NCBI GenBank assembly: GCA_038087875.1
Contig: JAXLNO010000563.1
Location: 62,001-126,000 of the forward strand
DNA: 64,000 nucleotides
DNA from: Malacoraja senta
Taxonomy: Eukaryota
Direction: 5' to 3'
Positions within the stretch are counted from its first letter, which is position 1, and each line of letters opens with the position of its first letter. The position numbers and the translations under genes are program-made. This document shows positions 1-12,337 of the stretch, piece after piece. The notes under the pieces are model-generated. The model had not been told where the DNA came from, ran no database searches, and saw nothing but the letters and a program-made list of their open reading frames with translations.

Positions 1-451
1 GAGGCCAGGTAGTTTATACTTGCAGCCAACTCTTCAACCAGCGGCTTGCTGCCAGGACTGGTACCTCTGGCTCGTTCCCTTCATCCCTTGGGGTATGCTC
101 CACGGCTAAACCCACAGACACGGCGTCAGAATAAAACTGACTCCGCATGCTCTCCTCCTCCAAGAGGGAGACATTAAGCAGCCCTGATACCCGCCGAAGA
201 GACCCGTGCTGACACAACTCCTCCTGTTGGAGTGGATCTTGGTGGAGCATCCTCTCCATTAGGTGCTCCATCCTGCACAAACGTCCAAAGACGTTATCCA
301 TTACCGGAGGGGAACCCTTCCGGCCTGACTCATCCGAGTCTATGGGCCGTGCAGACTTTTTTGTGGCTTTCCGCCCCAATGGTGCAGCTACGGTGCTCTC
401 GGACACGAAGTCTGAAATCACTGGCCGTACCGCGTGACTCCGAAGTAAAAT
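1..451 (-). mobile_element. DIRS1-like element A, 5' part (runs off the left edge)
   Basis: Left-terminus motif (rc) GTGACTCCGAAGTAAAA at 434-450; ORF 14..469 resembles the gag-like ORF1 of element E (ESTVA...KATKKS.RP.DSDESG); most of the ITR/leader is deleted. Confidence 0.8.
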
Positions 452-855
452 GGGTCGGTTCTTGCACAAATACCTGGAACAATTGTTCAGACATCCATGG
501 AATCAGCAGCCAGAGTGTTAATTCCACCAAGACCATCACAACGATAGAACCAGGCAGCATTTCCATATCAGCTCTTGTTTCAGCTGGCAATATACGTTCT
601 TACCTGAAGGGCACTAGATCAAAAGACATCTTTATAAATGTGTGAAATTTGCTTAACTTAGTGCAGAGTGATATGACCCGTCTGGAAATTAGTCTCGATG
701 TTCTGGCAGGTGTTTGTCCTCATTTGCACCTTATTTCCCAGCATTTATATCCCAAATCACTACTAAACACCTCACATACAAAACATATCTCCTCTGTACC
801 TTTCAACCTGAATTGTCCGAGTACTGAAATAGAGCAGTCTATTTCGACAAACACA
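452..855 (-). repeat. Diverged inverted copy of the non-coding block 26275-26690
   Basis: Collinear matches by eye, e.g. rc ACAAACACCTGCCAGAACATCGAGACTAATTTCCAGAC vs ACAAACACCTGCCAGGACATCAAGACTAATTACCAGAC, and GCTGATTCCATGGATGTCTGAACAATTGT in both. Confidence 0.85.
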
Positions 856-857
856 TT

Positions 858-1058
858 GAAGACCCTCGGACTATCTAGAATCAGACTCTACTGAATTTTA
901 TCGTGCACTCAACGATATTCCCTGTCCTGTATCTGTATTCTGTGGACGGCTTTATTTTGATCATGTATAGTCTTCTGCTGACTGGATAGCACACAACAAA
1001 AAAGCTTTTTACTGTACCTTGGTAGTCTACGTGACAATAATACTAAACTAAACTAAAC
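858..1058 (+). mobile_element. LINE 3' end (Rex1-type tail)
   Basis: Matches 49700-49900; ends GTGACAATAA..(CTAAA)n. Confidence 0.6.
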
Positions 1059-1179
1059 CACTCCTCACAGATTATGTCACACTCTTGCATCAGAGGCCTC
1101 ACATAATTGGCATGTTCAAACCCAAAAAATCTTTACATTTTTCCTTCAGTTCTCACGGAATGTAGAATACAGAGGGGCA

Positions 1180-1360
1180 TTAGTCTGCAGAGAGTGGTGG
1201 TCTCATCGCAGCCCATCATGGACACAGCCATATCCACCATGAAAAGCACCTACATGAAGTGTTGCCTCAGGAAGGTGACATCTATCATCAAGCTCCTCGC
1301 CATCTGGGTCAGGTCCTTTCTCACTGATGAGTTGGGCAGGAGGTACTGAAGCCTGAAGTT
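1180..1360 (+). mobile_element. Rex1-like RT C-terminal fragment
   Basis: LQRVV...IM....TM..TY..CCLRK...IIK resembles 46266..46541 and 25345..25557. Confidence 0.55.
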
Positions 1361-3457
1361 ACCAAGCACTCTTCACAGGAGGTTGCTAGGGAAGTCTCTG
1401 ATTTTTCTACATGAATCCACCTCTCTTCATCAGGCTGTGAAATTCCCAGTGACGTAATAACAGTGGTGGGTTGTTCCATATGTTACAACTCATCCTCTCT
1501 CCCAGAACACTATCGTTGTCCTCACATTCAGCACTCCAAGGGTTAATGATTCCAAATTCCAGCATCCTTGGTTGTAGGAAGGATGCTGGTTTATACCGAA
1601 GATCGACAATAAATGCTGGTGTAACAGGCAGCATCTCCGGAGAAGAGGAATGGGTGACGTTTCGGGTTGAGACCCTCCTTCAGACTGGATGTCAGGGGAG
1701 ACGGAAACTAGAACTATGAAAAGGTTCTGTACCTGCTGTGTCTATCTCCAACATACATGGACTCAGTTTACTCAGAGTCTCCACATCCTCACTCCCTCTG
1801 GATTTTGTCCCAATGGAAAAGGGAGGGCAGGAATCTTGCCGGATCACATCATATCCAGATCATTGACTACACAATTATTTCCTTTTTCAGTCTAAAAATA
1901 ATGTCTCAGCTGAAAGTAAATCATCTCATGAAAAACATCAAGTATTATTTTAATTCAGGGAAAGATGAAAGATTGTTGATCAAAGTTTGTTGAGTTTGGC
2001 AATATTGGAAATATTACATCTAACAACGTGACCCATGAGTGGGGAGAATAGATGGCAAGTGTGAATTTTATCTCGAAGTCCCATGAGTGACTACGTGAAG
2101 AGCCCGCCAGCCCGCATGCGCATCAATACGTCTAGCGCATGGCGCTCGTCGGAGCAGTTTCGAACTGCTCTGCCAAGGTAAGTCAATTTTCACTGGGCCA
2201 CTCTATAGCGTGCCCAGAGTAGCTATGGAGGTGGCCGGGGGTTTGGGCCGCCGTGGAAGCTCCATAGGAGCTAGAGTGAGGGAGCAGGCGGCTGAAATTG
2301 GAGACCGCCGTAGGGCTCCATAGGAGCTGGGATTGTGGCTGTTGCCGTTATAGCTCTGCACGGCAGCAGGCGGCCGAAATTGGAGACCGCCGGCTGGGAT
2401 AAGTTATTGCAGCTGCCGGCATCAGAGCTCCATACGGGAGCAGGCAGCCAGAGTTGGAGGCAGCCGTGGGGCTCCGTAAGGAGCTAGAATTCATAAATTG
2501 CGGCCGCCGGCAGCCAGGTCTATTATCGCTGCAGGAGGTTTCCAGCAGCCGGTGAGTTTTAAAAATAGCCACGGCCAAGAGCTACTGCTTAGGTAAACTC
2601 AGCTGCCGTAGCACCGAACAATTTTAAACACAGTTACTGCTACAGCTATGCTGCAGCAGCATATAGTGTATACTTTATTTTTGGGCAGCTATAATAGAGT
2701 TGGCATTAATAACAGTTGCCACTCGGTCACGTTTGTGACTATCGTAGTCGATAGCATTCTAAAGTCATGTTTAATTCTTTGGCAATATAACAAAATGTCT
2801 TATCATGCCAATAAAGTTTATGTTTAAAAAAAAGATAATTACAAAGGACATTTATTATCACATACACCAATGGTGTAGTGAAATTGGACTTGCCATTGCA
2901 GTCCAGAGCTCCTGACTTAGGAAGCCTTGTTTGAGCTGTGCCTATCGGACACCTGTGGGAGCTACACCTGGTGGCGTCATGGTAATTTCTGATCACTAGA
3001 GGGGACTGTTGAAGATTCTCTTACAGGTGACTCCAACTATATGCATATCGATAAAGTAGTCGAATCTCTGATTTAATAAGGATAGGCTTCTTTTAATCAT
3101 ATAAACGTAATTGTCTATGACAACACCTGGCAGGGTTGCAGTATTTCTCCCACTCTGTCTGGCGTATGGGGGCCAGAGGTGCTCCAGTCCTTCCCTGTAA
3201 TACTCCGTTGGCTCCAGAAGGGAGCAAGGACTCGGAGTCACTAGTAGGTGCATTCTGTTTGGTAAATGATGATCCCAATCTGCACAGCTAGTCCCGGTTA
3301 GGCTGCTGAAGGGAGCAGCCTGACAACCTCAAGTCGGGGCAAAGTCATAGCCAAGTCTTAGGACATCTATGGCAGATGTGATTGGGCGTTTGTCTCAATT
3401 AGAACATCTGATGAATCAGATGGTAACACAAGAAATGCTCCATGTCACGAAGGCATG

Positions 3458-3960
3458 TCAGGCAGCAGCTCCTGGTTCAGGGTTGCAATTTTCCTCCCAC
3501 TCGGATGTAAGGAGTAGTGGAGATGGTGCCAAAATATATGCACATATGCCTGAAACAGGTCCTGGCTCAGGGTTGCAATTTTTCTTCCCGCTCGGATGAA
3601 CGGAGTGATGGAGATGGTGCCAAACTATATATGCACACATGCTGGAGGCAGCTCCTGGTTCACGGTTGCATAAATCCTCCCACTCGGATGTATGAAGTGA
3701 TGGAGATGGAGCCATATATATATTATGCGCCGTATTACGGAAGCATGCACAGGCAGTTCAAGACCTATGCCAGTAGTTGCCCCTGGTTTCAGGGTTGGTA
3801 TATTCCTCCCACCCGAAAGACTATCGGAGATGATGTCACAAAATATGCTCAGTGTTATGGAAGCATGCACAGACAGTCCGAGGCATACGTATATGGCAAC
3901 GCCTGGTTCAAGGTGCAATTTTTTCTCCCACTCTAAGAGAGTGTCAGAGATCAGTATGGA
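3458..3960 (+). repeat. ~90-bp tandem repeat (about 5 units) inside DIRS B
   Basis: Repeated CCTGGTTCAGGGTTGCAATTTT.CTCCCACTCGGA...GGAGATG. Confidence 0.75.
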
Positions 3961-4149
3961 CTGACTCCAAGCATGACTATGTGCCGGGATCCCATGCTTT
4001 AATGCATAATGTGCGACAATCACATAAGGAAGAGCTGCGTGCTCTTGCCTCTAAAATTGCTGATTCCTCGGGGATGGACAAGCCACGACAAGAGAAGTTG
4101 GCCAGCGGCATCAGCTATCTAACAGAAATTATAAGCATGATAGACAGGG

Positions 4150-4510
4150 TCGGCGTGGCTTTGAATGGCCGCAGGACTTGCTAGTGCTACCGGGGGCTCC
4201 AACATCCAGACCCGGAGGGCGGCCTTGCATCGCCCGGCGCGGCTTTAATGGCCGCGGGACTTATTTTCCATCGCCCGCCGGGGGCTCTGACTCTGACATC
4301 GGGAGGAGATTGGGGAGTGCAGGGGAGAGATAAGACTTAGCCTTCCATCACAGCGAGGAGGAGATTCGCTGTGATGGATGTTTGTGTAAATTGTGTTGTG
4401 TCTTGGTTCTTTTTACTTGTTTGTATGACTGCAGAAACCAAATTTCGTTTGAACTTCATTTGAGGTTCAAATGACAATAAATGGTATTGTATTGTATTGT
4501 TTTGTATTGT
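4150..4510 (+). mobile_element. GC-rich non-autonomous retroposon 3' part with (TATTG)n tail
   Basis: GC-rich body, hairpin CCTTCCATCACAG..CTGTGATGGATG, AATAAA, (TATTG)n. Confidence 0.6.
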
Positions 4511-7500
4511 AAATGGAACTTCGCTGAAGCTCCAACAACAAAAATCGACCCGTGGTTAGAGACGCTGGTAAGTAAGGTCTCGTTATTAACCTCCGTAAAC
4601 TCCGAAATGGAGCAGTCTGTCAACCCAGGTTGGGTTTACTGCCAGCATGGGCTGTCTAGTCATTTTCACTGTCTCTGGGATAGATCAGGTTGATATAGAG
4701 ACATTTGCAAGGTGCCTTGCATAATAACCTCTGTAAGTTCCAAGTAGGAACAGTTTGGTTAACCTGGATCAGGGTAGACCATCATGGAACTGGCTGGCCA
4801 TAGGAGTCATAGTGACCAGGGAAGCACTGCTTCATCATCTGTGATTGAGGTTATCAGACTGCTCAATAGAATAAAGTAGTTGAAGTTTTTCTCAACATAT
4901 GGTTTATTTCTCCTCAGTTAGTAGAGTTACTGGTTCATTGGAATCATCATTGCCATCCTCTCTGGGACAGGTAGTTACCAGCAGGAAGCTCGTCTGGCAT
5001 ATATATAACTTTATCTAACCTGCAGGTTCATGTTGTGAATCAACAATGTATTTATAATAATCCATAGGCTCTCAATACCAGTATTCCTGATTGAGTGGTG
5101 GGTCGAAGAGATTGTGTTGTGTACTCTTGCGACTTAGACATGTGGTTTCAATCAAAGGACTGCGAGGTAATTCCTGGTTCAGCCTTGCATTATACTAAAC
5201 TCCACTCTGAAGGAAAACGCTGAGTATTCATGGTGACTCTCAGTCAAGAGTTGACAGGGAACTCGTATTCCCACATCTAAGGGAGACTGTGGTTTCAGCT
5301 CTAGTCATTAGCTGCTGATTATATATTGTCAGCGATATGTATGAATAACTAGATAATGCATCTTCCGTGGGTAGGAAAGCCAACGATTTTTTCAGTCCAT
5401 AGGATCAATAGAGGAACAGCGGTTCCGAGTGCGATCAGTGACAGCTTATCCGAGGATGAGTGGTCTGGCCAAGGACTAGAGGGGTATATTTCTGATACTT
5501 CTTAAGATTACAGAAATATGGTGCAGGCCGAATCAGGTTAGCATTAGGCTAATCGGATTATAGGTTTACTTCCCAGTTTAAGATGGATGATTGGGTTTCT
5601 GCAATTTAACTGACTCAGAGAATCGATCTTGAAGTTGCATACTATGTCATATCTACACACATAAGGCACAGATTCTGCTGTTTTGATAACAAAGCTAGTG
5701 GTGAAAACCTATGCTGCCCTTCTCAGATTAAAGGGCATTATGTCATCGAGTTTTAGGTAATATGCAAAATTGCAGCTGATAAAACGTATGGGTTGTCGGT
5801 AGATATCTTTTGCGATATTACAAATGAGGCAACATGAAATTTAACAGTACAAATTTGCCTATTCAAACACGCCATGGTAGGCGACTGAAGCAACTCTTAT
5901 TTACTCAGTCACGAGTGACGGCTGGGACAGCCTGTCTTCTCGGGCAGCTAGCTCTGCATGGTTGAATGAGAAGTTTGTGAACAACATATGTGAGTCAATT
6001 TTAAACGGAAGTAACAGAGGTTTGTATGGCTTCCAGTTTGAGCCTAGAGAAGCTTTTATGTGATAGCACAATTGACATTGCTTGTGCTGCTTTATCATTT
6101 CTGTACTACCATAAGTGGGACATAAATGATTGGTTCTTCACCCACTACTCTCTAACGTTATGCAGGATGTCTTCTATTTGACCACTCTAATAGCCTACAC
6201 TCATTGTAATGTGCGATGTATATCAGTAAATTGATATGCACATATTCCTCTATTTTCCTAATGGGACCAGTATCTTAAGATGATTATGCTTTCAGCAACT
6301 GATCTCAGCATAAAGAACACAGCCTTTACTCAATCTCAGGCTTAGTCTCTACGTCAAACTGACATTAGGGTAGCTTGTTATAGAAATACTCATAAGCAAA
6401 TGAGCAGGATTGCGTACATTTGAGGTTGAAAGCATACCCACCAGAGCAGAGATCAGGGATGTTATTAGGTATACAAGTCCACTCAGTTGCTAGTGCCTGT
6501 GAACTGGAAGATAGTTCTTTTTATCATTCAATAGCCTCAAGATATTGCTGATGGCTCATTAGCAGCCAATAGAATGGATGTCCCTTTAATCATACAGCAT
6601 GAGGTTTACATAATGCAGGTTAATAAATTATAAAATTTGGTGGAATATATCTGGATATTTGCAGATAGTATTATGCACAGTGTTGCATGAGTTATTGTCT
6701 AACTCAACAGTTTATTGGGACTACGGTCCAGTTAAGAACAATGGCCATGTATGCAAGTTAGCATCATGATATTAATAACTCATGTTTTTTCCTACCATTA
6801 ATGGTTTATCTGTTAAGTGTTTCACACACAGATTGTGTCACTGCATGAAACCACAGAGCTTTGAAATCTTCACGTAGTCACTCACGTAACTTCGAAATAA
6901 AATAGAAAGATTAAACGAGAACTTACCGTTTGAAGTTTGATCTTTATTTTATAAGAAGTTGAAGTGAGGGATTACGTGCCCTCCACACCCAACCCTATTC
7001 TCATAAAGATCATTCGGTAGTTCTAAGCTCGTTAATCCTTCTATAGCTTAGGTCAGCAACTAGTCTGTGGTTTCATACAGCTGCTCTGAAGATTGACCCG
7101 CATGCGGGCTGGAGGGCTCTTCACGTAATCCCTCACTTCAACTTCTCATAAAATAAAGATCAAACTTCAAACGGTAAGTTCTTGTTCAATCTTTCTATCT
7201 TCTTTCGTTCAAGTATCTAGGATGACGGAGAGAGTGGGGTTGGTGCAGCTGAAGGCAGAGAGAATGGGATTCACATTTTGACCGATACACCAGGCTGCAA
7301 TGACATTTCTTGTTCACATGAAAATAGAAAGATCAAACGAGAACTTACCATTTGAAGTTTGATCTTTATTTTATGAGAAGTTGGAGTGAGAGACTACGTG
7401 AAGAACCCACCAACCCGCATGCGCATCAATCTTCAAAGCAAGTGTATGAAACCACAGACCACTTGCACGAACTTAAACTATAGAAAGATTAATAATGCTT

Positions 7501-10500
7501 GACTTACCAAATGATCTTTATGAGATTCAGGGTTGGGAGTAGAGGGCATGTAGTCTCTCACTCCAACTTCTCATAAAATAAAGATCAAACTTCAAACGGT
7601 AAGTTCTCATTTATTCTTTCTATTTTATATCGTAGTCTCGTGATGAGACTACGTGAAGCCTTCGAAGCTCTGTGGTTTCATGCAGTAAACCAATCTCTAT
7701 GTGAAAACACTAAACAGATAAACCATAAATGGTAGAAAAGACATGTGCCATTAACAACACGATGCTAACTTTACATACATGTACATTGCCCTTAATCGGA
7801 CCACAGTCCCAATTGCCTTTGGGTTAGAAACTAGCTCATGCAACACTGTTCAGAATTCTGTCTGCAACCATCCGGACATGTTCAATAAAATTTTATAACT
7901 TCTGAAAGTGTGCTTATCTGAGCCTCCTGCTGTTGCAAGATGATGATCAAAAGGGAAATCCATTCTATTGGCTGCTAACGAGCCAGCCCCCCTGGTAGAG
8001 TAGGACTTGAAATTATTTGAATTCACTCCCGCTTTTAGCTGCTTATACTCTATCCATCTTGAAATAGTCTGCACCAACAATCTCTTGTGAAACTATTAAA
8101 TAACTATGAAGAAACTATCCTTCATCTCATAGGCACTTAGTAACCTCAGTGTACCTTTTTACAAAACACCCCCAATCTCCGATCTGGTGGGTATGCTGTC
8201 AACTCCAACTTGTACCCAACCATGCCCAATTTGCTTTATGAGTTCATTCCTATAAAAAGTTACCCTTATGCCAGATATGACCAAGAGATCCAGACAGAGA
8301 TTGTGTAAAGACTACTCTTTGTGCTGAAATCAGTTGTCATAAGCATAACTAACTTAAAAGATACTGCTCCATCATTAGGAATACAGTTGATGATAATCTG
8401 CATAATAATTTATACTGTTACATGTTCCACACTACTTTGTTTCTAGACTTTAGAGTGTTCATATAAAAGACCCATCCATAACCTTAGTCAACAGTGGGTG
8501 AATAACCAATCATTTATTGTCCCACTTATAGTACTAAATACAACGACAAAGCAGCACGAGCAGTGTCAATTGCGCTATAACATAGTCGCTTCTCTTAACC
8601 CCAAACTGAAACAAGCCACAAACCTCTTCTACTTTTGTTTAAAAGCAGCTCACAAGTGTCTCTTCACAAAACTTCCATACCACCATGCAGTGATAGATGC
8701 ACGCAAAATAGGCTGAACTTGCCACCGCTCGTGTCTTCGAGCAATTATAGGAGCTTCTTTCAGCAGACATATTTACAACGGAAGCCCTGGTTTAGTAGGC
8801 CAGTTTGGCACTACTATAATCATGTTGCCTTGTCTTGAATTATCATAGGAGGCATCTACTGATAAAACCCCTGAGTCTTATCTGTTGGTAGGGTCCGAGA
8901 CTAAACCCCTAACTATGTAATAGATAATGCTGGCTCCAGAATGGACTTCCTGGATGAATATCAAATCCTAGAAATTCTAGGAGAGCCTTGGTTGCTGAAA
9001 CAGCTAACTCTGAGACACCTGATCTCCTTCCTACAATAATCATGTAGTCTATAAACTCCATAACAAAATGCCCCTTAGATCTGAGTAGGGCAGCATTCAC
9101 TCTCGTGTATTGATATGGGAAAGAATGCTTCTTCAAGGTCAATTGAGGCCCTAAATCCTCTGTAATCAGCTATGACAATTATCCATCATAAACTGGTTAT
9201 ACCAAGCACATGATCAGTCCAGCCAAATCCAGGACTGATTTGGCATCCTCCACTTCCTTCAACCTTGAGAAAATATTAGAAATATACCCCTCTTGTACTT
9301 GGGCAGACTGCTCATCCTTTGTGAGATGTCTCTGTTTCAACTTGGATAGCCATAGTTTCTTCTTTTAACCATAAGTACGGAAATCTTGGCTTCTCTACCG
9401 CGGAGGAATTAATCAGCCAGAAACTGAATCTTGTAACCATTTATGATTTGGAAAATGGAAAATTCGGAGGTTATCTGTCCCCACCTGTTTGTCGAACTGC
9501 CTCACCTATCTCCGACTTGAATATCCACAGCACCTCTCCTGCGACTGATGAATAACATTCGCATACCTCAACCGCCTCCACCTCATCGTTGCTTTGCTGT
9601 CCATGACGAGACAGATGGTGACTGTAGATGTGATCAAGGCAGTTTCTGAGAAACCACTTGCTATAAAACCACCAAGGCTGCCAATAAAATAATAGACAAA
9701 AGGTGATTATCATCCCCGCCACCAAGATCCAGCAATCGCTGAGACTGACACTGACACCACCAAAAATGGCCTCAGACGGATGACTAATAGTCAACTGATC
9801 CTAGACTTTGCTCTGTCCCCTTGCTCAGGCATAATGACCAGCTGGGGACGATACTGAATATGTGGAGAGCGCTGCATCCATGTTGAGCGCTGAAACCTGC
9901 AAATAAAAAGCCCTCTGGCTTGGTTAATTGTGTAGGCCCGGTGCTCCAACCAGCCTCAGTGTAGCGGTATCTGCGACTCAATTGGTAGAGATGATATGTA
10001 TGCAGGTAAATGGGAGTCTTACCCACAAAGGGTGTATTTACCACACCCACCGCAGCATTGAAATTCTCTTGCGAGTCTTAACTTGCTAGCCCAAGTCTTC
10101 TCCAAAAAGATACTAGCAGACTGCACATGCTAACCTAGCACAAAATTAGCATAAATTGGGTTGACCTCAGGCCTATACCCTCCTAACACAATTGAGTTTA
10201 GGCTGCGCATTACACAAAAGTGCGAAGGTGTCTACTGAAATTCAGACAGCTGAATTCCCTCTACTGACCTTGCAAAGCCGAATCCTTCCCTGAGAATCTC
10301 TGACTTTCTGGGGGTTAAAGCCTTTTGACTTTGATTTGCCCTTCATATAGCCTCAACTGGTGGCATAACCTACGAATCTCCAGTGTCTGGCAGAATCAGA
10401 ACATACATAATATTCAGCAGTGTCCTGCAGGATCTATTCAATCAACTGATGAAAAGTCAAATAACCAATGCTACTTTCCAGTTTTATATCTAACAATTCT

Positions 10501-10549
10501 CCTATCCCCGAAGGGATGGCAAATTTAGTCACAAGTGCCAGCAGATCCT

Positions 10550-11292
10550 TAAAGGCCTGTCGCACGAGTCTGCGGTCATTGGCGGCGAAACAGGAAGAAT
10601 CTACCGCTCCTGGGCCGCCATAGACCGCGGGCTCGGTCAAACGCACAATTCCGGGGCCGTGCACCGTTGTTCCCAACACCGCACGGTGCTAAAATAAAAC
10701 CAACATTGTTCAAAAATATGTTCCTACCGCACAGCCTCCGCCAGTGATGCACGAGTGCGGCACGGACGCCGCCACAGCCGCCGCCAGTGTGGCACGAGCG
10801 CCGTGAGTAGAACCTTCACCGCCACAGCCTCCGCAAGTGAGGCACGTGTGCGGCACGGCCGCCGCCACAGCGCCGCGATCAGCATGGCCGCCACCACAGC
10901 CGCCGCCACAGCGCCGCGATCAGCACGGCCACCACCACAGCCCCGCAGATCCGAAATGACGTCATCGCAGTCGGCCCGCCCTTTTTTTTTACTTACCGCT
11001 AGCTCGTGGGACCAGCCGTACTTAAATCACTCGGCCCCCGCGCAGTATCCGTGCGCCGCTCCCGCAGCATAGGCTCGGCGCTCTCGCCGTTGCCGTGCGG
11101 TCCCCTCTACAGGCGAAGCCGCGCTTCACCGCGCTTCACCGCCGATGACCGCAACACCGCGAGACAGAGCCTTTATGGCGCTTTTGTTTTTATTATTATT
11201 TATATATTAAATATATATATATATATTTTGTTTACTTTTTACAAGCTGAACCTGCACGTCAGGTAAAAAATGCTACATGCTCGATCGGCCTT
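10550..11292. mobile_element. GC-rich insertion in DIRS C with internal tandem repeats (possible non-autonomous DNA transposon)
   Basis: Abrupt GC/CpG-rich block with repeated CCGCCACAGCC..GCGGCACGG units; weak AAGGCC...GGCCTT ends. Confidence 0.4.
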
Positions 11293-12122
11293 TTGCTGGT
11301 TAGTTACCTATCCCCCAGAGTATGGCAAATGATGTTCCAGCAAGCTGGCAACTCTTTAGCCGATCTGAAAAAATAAGCATGTGTTGAGGGAATCCTCAAA
11401 CTACCTCACTCTACTGGGCAGCCTGATAATCTCAATCATAGATGTTGAGGCATTGGCCAATATGATCTAATGGATGGCCAGTTTCAAGTTTGTCTACCCT
11501 GAACCAGGGCAGACAAGCTGTTCCTTCTTGGAACTTACAGAGGTTGCTGTGCAGGGCACCCTGCCAATGATTCTGCATCAACCTGCTCTTCTCCAGAGGC
11601 AGTGAAGCCTAAACAGATTATGCTGCCAATATTTCCAAACCCGGGTCGACAGGCTGCTCCATTTCAGAGGTTTTACGGAGGTTAGTAAGGAGACCAGGTC
11701 AACCTCCGTGCCTGCCAATTCTCCGAGCCTGATTCGACAGGCTGCTCCTGCGGCCCTTCTGGTGGCATAACCTACAAATCGTCTCCAGTTTTGAACATCA
11801 ACTTATCATAGTTGGTCTAATCTGTCCGCTTTTAATTATTCTTGTGTATCGCCCACCAAAAACGAATAAGGACTTTCTCTCACAATTTGGTGATCTTATC
11901 GCTAGCTTGTTGCCCAAATTTGACCGGGTCCTGATTCTTGGTGACTTTAACATTCATGTCTGCTGTCCCACGAAGCCTCTTGTGAGTGAATTTATGAACC
12001 TGGTTGAGTCCTTCAATCTGTCTCTACTCACCACTGGACCCACGCACAAGCTTGGCCATATATTAGACCTGGTGCTTTCGTCTGGTCTCCCCACTTGCAA
12101 CACAGATATTATTGATGCCTGT

Positions 12123-12337
12123 TTAAGAAGGAACTGCAGATGCTGGAAAATCGAAGGTACACAAAAATGCTGGAAAAACTCAGCAGGTGCAGCAGCATCT
12201 ATGGTGCGAAGGAAATAGGCAAAGTTTCAGGCCGAAACCCTTCTTCTGAAAAGGGTTTCGGCCCGAAACGTTGTCTATTTCCTTCGCTCCATAGATGCTG
12301 CTGCACCCGCTGAATTTCTACAGCATTTTTGTGTACC
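12123..12337. mobile_element. Palindromic Penelope-type short element with 16-bp TSD
   Basis: TSD TATTATTGATGCCTGT at 12107-12122 and 12338-12353; long imperfect hairpin centred near 12243. Confidence 0.8.

Larger units (their letters stand above)
2066..7199 (+). mobile_element. DIRS1-like element B, degenerate
   Basis: Left ITR TTTTATCTCGAAGTC..GAGTGACTACGTGAAGA-GCCCGCCAGCCCGCATGCG; ICR ~6868-6978 (rc of left end fused to rc of right end); right ITR/terminus ~7098-7199; coding regions decayed. Confidence 0.85.

Noticed and set aside
330..590. Hydrophobic 86-aa minus-strand ORF as a host exon
   Set aside because: It crosses a DIRS junction, and the homologous block at 26275-26690 has indels that do not preserve the frame
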